A stretch of 48,864 nt of DNA, from the NCBI GenBank assembly GCA_035303865.1, contig DATGRC010000302.1:1-48864 (forward strand). The letters are read 5' to 3'. Below are positions 44,222-48,864 of this stretch, in pieces (position 1 is the first letter of the stretch; the number at the start of each line of letters is the position of its first letter). The DNA comes from Acidimicrobiales bacterium. GTDB lineage: Bacteria > Actinomycetota > Acidimicrobiia > Acidimicrobiales > VFJN01. Below the pieces are notes generated by a model. The model ran no database searches. It was given only the letters and a program-made list of their open reading frames with translations, and was not told where the DNA came from. The position numbers and the translations under genes were made by a program.

Positions 44222-45514
44222 ATGTCGCCACGTCGTCGGCGGTCCTCGGCTCATCGCCGTCACCGCTTCCCCCGCCCAGCCCTCGGGGCGGCCTGCGCGG
44301 CCCTCGCAGCGATGGTCGCCTGGCCGCTGCTCGTCAGCCCGGCGCTGGTCAAGTACCCCACCGACCTCGACGTCACCCAGTCGCTGGCCGGCACCTTCAC
44401 CGTGCTCGTCGACCCGGTGACCGCGGCGCCGCTCGAGGAGCCGCGGGAGCTCGACCTCGCCGTCGAGCGCCACCTCGAAGCCCTCCCCGACGAGAGCGGC
44501 GCCGACACGGTGGTGGTCCGCGAGACCGTCCACCAGCGCGCCGGCGACCTCATCGACCTCACCCAGGTGAACCAGTACGTGATGGACCGCTCGACGCTGC
44601 GGAACGTGGCCGACGAGCGGGCCTTCGCGTTCGAGCCCGGCACGCCCGCCGATCGGGCCGGCGCCTACCGGCTCCACCTGCCGTTCGGGACGAGCCGCCA
44701 CCGGACCTACGAGATCTGGGGCAACGAGATCGGCACCACCTACGAGATCGCCCCCGACCCCGAGCAGCCCACCGGCGAGCTCGAGGGCCTCGAGGTGTAC
44801 TGGTTCGTGGCCGAGGAGCACGAGGTGCCGCTCACCGACGCCTACCTGGCGGAGCTGCGGGAGGCCGTCCCGCTGCCGGAGACGATCACGCTCGCCCAGG
44901 TCCGACCTCACCTGGCTGCGGCCGGCGTGGAGCTCGACGCGCTGCTGGCCGACCTGGCCGCCGTGCTCACCCCGGCGGACACCGACGTGCTGCTGGCGAT
45001 GGCCGGGGAGCCGATCGAGCTCGAGTACGTCACCACCTTCCAGGGGCGCCTCGCCGTCGAACCGGTGACCGGCACCGAGGTGGACCTGGCCGTGGCCGAG
45101 ACGGTCGCCGCCCGACCCCACCTGCCCAACCTGGCGGAGTTCCTGATGGTGCTCGGCCACTACCCGGACGAGCCCGCCGCGGTGGAGGCGGTCGAGGTGC
45201 TGTCGGGCCTCGTCGACGGCCCGCCCATCCCGCTCTTCGAGTACGCCTACGAGCAGACGCCGGCCTCGCTGGCCCACATCGCCGGGGAGGCGGCGTCGAT
45301 GCGGCGCCTCGTCCTCGCCGTCACCGTGTGGGCGCCGGCCGCGTTCGGGGTGCTGGCCATCGTCGCCCTGATGGGCGGCCAGATCGTGCGGGTGCGACGC
45401 AAGCCGCGGCCCCTCGACCTGTCGACGCTGTGGGACACCCCGGCCCCGCCCGACCCCCACGACCTCGCCGAGCGACCGACCGCCGCTCCGGACGTCGAGC
45501 ACCGCCGGCGCTGA
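44222..45514 (+). CDS. DUF3068-family (PorA-like) actinobacterial envelope protein with N- and C-terminal TM anchors
   Basis: 430 aa. It has an N-terminal TM segment (ACAALAAMVAWPLLVSPALVKYP), a large extracytoplasmic region, a C-terminal TM segment (LAVTVWAPAAFGVLAIVALMGG) and a basic tail. GAGGAGG RBS. Confidence 0.55.
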   Translation: MSPRRRRSSAHRRHRFPRPALGAACAALAAMVAWPLLVSPALVKYPTDLDVTQSLAGTFTVLVDPVTAAPLEEPRELDLAVERHLEALPDESGADTVVVRETVHQRAGDLIDLTQVNQYVMDRSTLRNVADERAFAFEPGTPADRAGAYRLHLPFGTSRHRTYEIWGNEIGTTYEIAPDPEQPTGELEGLEVYWFVAEEHEVPLTDAYLAELREAVPLPETITLAQVRPHLAAAGVELDALLADLAAVLTPADTDVLLAMAGEPIELEYVTTFQGRLAVEPVTGTEVDLAVAETVAARPHLPNLAEFLMVLGHYPDEPAAVEAVEVLSGLVDGPPIPLFEYAYEQTPASLAHIAGEAASMRRLVLAVTVWAPAAFGVLAIVALMGGQIVRVRRKPRPLDLSTLWDTPAPPDPHDLAERPTAAPDVEHRRR

Positions 45515-45545
45515 CCCGGCCCCGCCTGCGGACCGCGGGGCCGGG
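45515..45545. terminator. Hairpin, 11-bp stem (CCCGGCCCCGC...GCGGGGCCGGG), right after the DUF3068 stop
   Basis: Read directly. It is the first of two tandem hairpins in the convergent gap. Confidence 0.45.
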
Positions 45546-45550
45546 CGCGA

Positions 45551-45578
45551 CGGAGGGCCGCCACCAGGCGGCCCTCCG
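45551..45578. terminator. Hairpin, 12-bp perfect stem with a 4-nt loop (CGGAGGGCCGCC-acca-GGCGGCCCTCCG)
   Basis: Read directly. It lies 24 nt beyond the minus-strand lipoprotein stop at 45602. Confidence 0.55.
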
Positions 45579-45601
45579 GTAGCGGATCCGGCGACGCGCG
45601 G

Positions 45602-46333
45602 TCAGCGGATCGTCGTGTCGGCCTCGGCCTCGACCCGGTCGTCGTGCACGAGGTCGCCGTCCGCGTCGGCGGGGGTCAGCACGGCGCTGAAGGTGATGTC
45701 GGAGCCGGGCTGGTGCTTGAAGTTGTCGCCGTAGGCGAAGGACTCACCCGGGGCCCAGGGGAACGGGGCCTCGGTGTTGCCGGTCGCGATCGCCGACGCC
45801 GGGATGCCCATCTCCTCGTAGAGGGCGCGGTCGCTCGAGCCGTCCATGCCCTGGGCCCACTGCCAGTCGGCGTAGCGGGCGGTGACGTTCACGAGGTTAA
45901 ACGGCAGCTGGATCGTGTCGCCGCTCGTGTTGGTGGCGACGTAGAGCACGTAGACGAGCTCGTCGCCTGCCTTGAGGATCGGCTCGTTGGTGGACGGGTC
46001 GATGAACATGCCGTCCTTCGGCGCCGCCGCGGTGCCGACCTGGTACACGTCGACCGTGAAGCCCTCGCCCTCGATCGTGGTGAGCAGGTCCCCCGTCACC
46101 TCGAAGGGGTTGGCCCACGCCGGGGTGGCGCCGTCCGCGGGGCCGGTGTCGTCGTCATCATCGTCGACGTCGTCGTCAGCATCGGCCTCGGTGGTGTCGG
46201 AGCCGGGGTCCTCGACGTCCGCCGCGGTGGTCGTCGTGGTGTCGTCGCTGGCGTCGTCGTCGTCGCCGCAGGCGGCCAGCCCGAAGACGAGCGCGGCGAT
46301 CGACAGCGTGCCGAGGGTGCGAGTCAAGCGCAT
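45602..46333 (-). CDS. Lipoprotein with poly-acidic/Thr linker and C-terminal beta-rich domain
   Basis: 243 aa. The lipobox is LVFGLAAC|GDDDDASDD, followed by TTTTAADVEDPGSDTTEADADDDVDDDDDD, then a globular domain (…VYVLYVATNTSGDTIQLPFN…). Confidence 0.65.
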   Translation of the reverse strand: MRLTRTLGTLSIAALVFGLAACGDDDDASDDTTTTTAADVEDPGSDTTEADADDDVDDDDDDTGPADGATPAWANPFEVTGDLLTTIEGEGFTVDVYQVGTAAAPKDGMFIDPSTNEPILKAGDELVYVLYVATNTSGDTIQLPFNLVNVTARYADWQWAQGMDGSSDRALYEEMGIPASAIATGNTEAPFPWAPGESFAYGDNFKHQPGSDITFSAVLTPADADGDLVHDDRVEAEADTTIR

Positions 46334-46484
46334 TGGGGGAAGGTTCCTTCTGGTGGGGTTCGGGCAGGCCCGCCGGAGACGACACTAGTGACCGGCTCGC
46401 GCCGCTCCGAACCGATGCCCCCCGTCTGGACCCCTGCTCGGGCTCGCGACGTTTGCGCCGGGCGCCGCCTCGACCCTCTGCGCT

Positions 46485-47129
46485 TCAGGCGGCGACCACG
46501 ACCGCCACGGCGATCGTGACGATGACGCCCAGGAGGATCCCGGCGAGGGCGAACGCGAAGAGGACCGGTCGGGCGTAGAGGAGCGGCACCGCCGCCGGGT
46601 AGCGCTCCCGGACCTGGCGGAAAGTGGTCGGGCCCTGCGGCTGCCAGGTGGGCTGCTGCAGGGCGGAGGCCATGGCGTAGAGCTGGTCGGCCGACCAGAA
46701 CGGGCCATTGAACATCGCGACCTTGCGGCCCTGCGCGTCGGTGACGATGAGCGTCGTGTCGATGCGCGGGTCGTAGTGGGCCAGCTCCCGGACGAAGATC
46801 ACCTCGCCGAGCCGCTCCTTGGGCACCGCGGTGTTGCGGATCAGATCCCGCCGGACCAGCCCGCGCGGGCCGACCGAGGTGAGCGCCCGGCGGAAGTAGA
46901 GCGCGGTCCCGGCGGCGGCGCCCGCGAGGCTCACCACGAGCAGCGCGAGCGCGAGGCGCAGGTCGTCCATGCGGAAGAGGTTGAGGGCGACGATCGCCAT
47001 CAGGAAGGCCGGCACCCTGAGGAACTTCGCGCGGTAGTTCTCCCACGACGGCCGGAACACGATGGTGCCGTCGGGCTCGACCACGGTGTCCTCGGGCCAG
47101 GTGTAGCGGTGAGGGTCGGTGGTGCTCAT
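46485..47129 (-). CDS. Membrane protein with TM hairpin plus bacterial PH-like domain plus C-terminal TM (paralogue 1)
   Basis: 214 aa. It has a YdbS/YdbT-like layout: FLRVPAFLMAIVALNLF...LLVVSLAGAAAGTALYF, then GLVRRDLI....V....LGEVIFV.....TLIVTDAQGRKV, then a C-terminal hydrophobic helix. Confidence 0.6.
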   Translation of the reverse strand: MSTTDPHRYTWPEDTVVEPDGTIVFRPSWENYRAKFLRVPAFLMAIVALNLFRMDDLRLALALLVVSLAGAAAGTALYFRRALTSVGPRGLVRRDLIRNTAVPKERLGEVIFVRELAHYDPRIDTTLIVTDAQGRKVAMFNGPFWSADQLYAMASALQQPTWQPQGPTTFRQVRERYPAAVPLLYARPVLFAFALAGILLGVIVTIAVAVVVAA

Positions 47130-47199
47130 CGTCTCCAGTCTCGCGGAGCGCGCGAGATGCGCCGTTCAGGCGGTTCGGGTCGCCACGACGGGCGGGCGG

Positions 47200-47841
47200 T
47201 CACAGGACGAGGAGGAGCACGACGACACCGACGAGGAGCGCTCCCAGCACGGCGGCGCCGATGCACAGCACGAACGCCATCGGCCGGGCGTACATGAGGG
47301 GCACGGCACGCGGGTAGCGCGCGCGGATCTCGAGGTACGACACGGGCTCTTCGGGCATCCACGTGGGCTGCTGGAGGGCGGACGCCATGGCGTGGAGCTG
47401 GTCGGGCGACCAGAACGGGCCGTGGAAGAGGGCGACGCGCCGACCCTGCGCGTCGGTGACGATCAGCGTGGTGTCGAGGCGGCGGTCGGCGTGGTCGAGG
47501 TGCCGGACGAAGATCACCTCGCCCAGCTCGTCCCGGGTCAGCGCCTTGCTGCGCAGGAGGTCCCGGTGCACGAGGCCGCTCGGGCCCACCCGGGTGACCG
47601 CCCGCCGGAAGTAGACGATGTTGCCGAGCACGGCGACGACGAAGGTGCCGACGAGCACCCAGATCGCCCACCGGTCGCCCAGCCGGAAGGCGCTGAGGGC
47701 CACGATCGCCAGGAGGAAGGCGGGCGCCCGGAGGATCTTCGAGCGGTAGGTCGCCCAGGAGGGGCGGAAGACGATCGTGCCGTCGGGCTCGACGGTGGTT
47801 CCGGCCGGCCAGCTCACGAGGTGGGGGTCGGTGGCGCTCAT
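47200..47841 (-). CDS. Membrane PH-like domain protein (paralogue 2, tandem duplicate of 46485..47129)
   Basis: 213 aa, taken from ATG 47841 in track ORF 47200..48552. It is collinear with paralogue 1 over the full length (e.g. VEPDGTIVFRPSW, DTTLIVTDAQGR, GPFWS.DQL.AMASALQQPTW are identical). Confidence 0.6.
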   Translation of the reverse strand: MSATDPHLVSWPAGTTVEPDGTIVFRPSWATYRSKILRAPAFLLAIVALSAFRLGDRWAIWVLVGTFVVAVLGNIVYFRRAVTRVGPSGLVHRDLLRSKALTRDELGEVIFVRHLDHADRRLDTTLIVTDAQGRRVALFHGPFWSPDQLHAMASALQQPTWMPEEPVSYLEIRARYPRAVPLMYARPMAFVLCIGAAVLGALLVGVVVLLLVL

Positions 47842-47922
47842 GGGCTGGAGTCTGGCGGGTCCATCGCGCCCCTCCACCGGGCGGCTCGCCGCGGGGCGAG
47901 GTGGCGATGGCAGAGTGGCGTC

Positions 47923-48513
47923 GTGCTCCTGCCGCAGCGGCTGTGGCCCGGCATCGAGGACGGGTCGGTCACGGTGGCGTTCCGCCGATGGCGGCGACCG
48001 ACCGTGAAGGCGGGCGGCACGCTGCAGACGCCGGCCGGACTGCTGGCAATCGAGGCCGTCGAGCCGATCGAGCCGGACGACATCACCGATGCCGACGCCC
48101 GCCGGGCCGGCGCCGCCGACCGGGAGGCGGCGATCGCCGAGCTCCGCCCCGAGGGCACGCTCTACCGGATCCGCTTCCGCCGCCTCGGCGAGGACCCACG
48201 GGTGGCGCTGCGCAACCAGGCCGAGCTCACGACCGAGGACGTGGACGAGCTGCGCCGGAGGTTCCGGCGGCTGCCCTGGGCCCGGCCCGTCCTCGAGCTC
48301 ATCGAGGCCCACCCGGCCACGGTCAGCACCGAGCTGGCCGAGCAGCTCGGCATGGAGCGCCTCCGGTTCAAGGAGCGGGTCCGCCGCCTGAAGGCCCTCG
48401 GCCTGACTGAGAGCCTCGAGGTCGGCTACCGCCTCTCCCCTCGCGGCCAGGCCTTCCTGGACGAGCTCCGCCGCCTGGACGAGGAGCGAGCGCAGCACCG
48501 AGTGGAGCGGTGA
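47923..48513 (+). CDS. ASCH/PUA-like domain protein fused to a C-terminal winged-helix domain
   Basis: 196 aa, taken from GTG 47923 in track ORF 47119..48513. Sequence reads GSVTVAFRRWRRPTVKAGGTL.TPAG.LAIE.V..I....ITD.DARRAG, then STELAEQLGMERLRFKERVRRLKALGLTESL. The start is uncertain. Confidence 0.45.
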   Translation: MLLPQRLWPGIEDGSVTVAFRRWRRPTVKAGGTLQTPAGLLAIEAVEPIEPDDITDADARRAGAADREAAIAELRPEGTLYRIRFRRLGEDPRVALRNQAELTTEDVDELRRRFRRLPWARPVLELIEAHPATVSTELAEQLGMERLRFKERVRRLKALGLTESLEVGYRLSPRGQAFLDELRRLDEERAQHRVER

Positions 48514-48625
48514 GCGGCCGGCGAGGCGCCGCAGGGCCCCGACGACCTGCACGAGATCGGGCCAGCGATAGCCTTCCCGCCTGCGACCAAGCGCGGACCT
48601 TCACGAAGGTCGGCGCGGACGTCCC

Positions 48626-48699
48626 GCCCTCGTAGCTCAGTTGGATAGAGCGACCGCCTCCTAAGCGGTAGGCCACAGGTTCGATTCCTGTCGGGGACA
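48626..48699 (+). tRNA. tRNA-Arg (anticodon CCT)
   Basis: Cloverleaf: GCCCTCG/TA/GCTC-AGTTGGATA-GAGC/G/ACCGC-CT CCT AA-GCGGT/AGGCC/ACAGG-TTCGATT-CCTGT/CGGGGAC/A. The acceptor stem has a C2:A71 mismatch and a U5:G68 wobble. CCA is not encoded. Confidence 0.85.
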
Positions 48700-48712
48700 C
48701 TCATCTGGTCGA

Positions 48713-48734
48713 CCTCGCTCCTGCCGGAGCGGGG
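48713..48734. terminator. Hairpin CCTCGCTCC-tgcc-GGAGCGGGG between tRNA-Arg and the convergent partial ORF
   Basis: 9-bp stem including one G-U, with a 4-nt loop. It lies 14 nt after the tRNA 3' end and 5 nt beyond the minus-strand stop at 48739. Confidence 0.4.
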
Positions 48735-48738
48735 CCGT

Positions 48739-48864
48739 TCAGCGTTCGTTGATCATCGTGCGGATCCCCACGTACATGAAGAGCACACCGGCAGCAGCGC
48801 AGAGCCACACGCCCCCGCCCAGGTTCGAGGTCAGGCCGCCCTCAAACCGGTAGCTGTCGTCGTT
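48739..48864 (-). CDS. C-terminal 41 codons of an unidentified (probably membrane) protein; the N-terminus lies beyond the right window edge
   Basis: The reverse complement reads NDDSYRFEGGLTSNLGGGVWLCAAAGVLFMYVGIRTMINER*. It is open to the window edge. It is too short to assign. Confidence 0.3.
   Translation of the reverse strand, partial: NDDSYRFEGGLTSNLGGGVWLCAAAGVLFMYVGIRTMINER

Noticed and set aside
47901-48410. Track ORF 47901..48410 (+, MAMAEWRRAP...) as the gene downstream of the PH-domain pair
   Set aside because: It is an Arg/Pro/Gly-rich shadow frame. The overlapping frame from 47923 gives a sensible ASCH-like plus winged-helix protein.

Overview
This is a very GC-rich chromosomal segment (roughly 70% GC or more by eye). 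Its gene content and synteny fit a high-GC Gram-positive (Actinomycetota-type) genome. I call 55 protein-coding genes (two cut by the window edges), 2 tRNAs (Ala-CGC on the minus strand, Arg-CCT on the plus strand), and a set of operators, promoters, hairpin terminators and repeats read directly from the sequence. Most of the very long ORFs in the supplied track (e.g. 199..2139+, 6730..8826-, 12882..16355+, 21435..23570-, 29120..31909+) are Arg/Pro/Gly-rich shadow frames of real genes on another frame or strand. Gene content is mostly housekeeping. It includes a pncB-pncA-nrtR NAD salvage operon, archease plus RtcB, and hsp20. It also includes an actinobacterial division/Moco block (SepX/GlpR-like, moaC, moaA, moeA, galU, plsY) lying divergent from a CIRCE-controlled Ruc-like zinc-ribbon chaperone and a SAF-domain gene. 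Further along are tldD-pmbA-uppP, an envelope-lipid cluster (LprG-like lipoprotein, MprF-TM-like protein, AUR1-like PAP2), dxs, an Nfu-type Fe-S protein, an ABC-F ATPase and psuG plus a kinase. There is also a TetR-centred divergent oxidation module (metal hydrolase plus Baeyer-Villiger monooxygenase on one side; a putative dioxygenase, a flavodoxin-like protein and a GNAT on the other). I saw no rRNA, CRISPR array, transposase, integrase or recognisable defence genes. The best candidate for something undescribed is a tightly coupled five-gene operon at 40638-43996: SCP2-type thiolase, DUF35, a dedicated carrier protein, a Pta-family phosphotransacylase and AcpS. Other points worth a second look are a nested, compensated palindromic element plus a G10 tract in front of psuG, a near-consensus CIRCE upstream of the Ruc-like gene, candidate NrtR and TetR operators, repeated leaderless-promoter geometry, tandem PH-domain membrane paralogues, and an unexplained 360-nt gap next to archease/RtcB. 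All functional calls come from motif and family recognition by eye. No searches were run.
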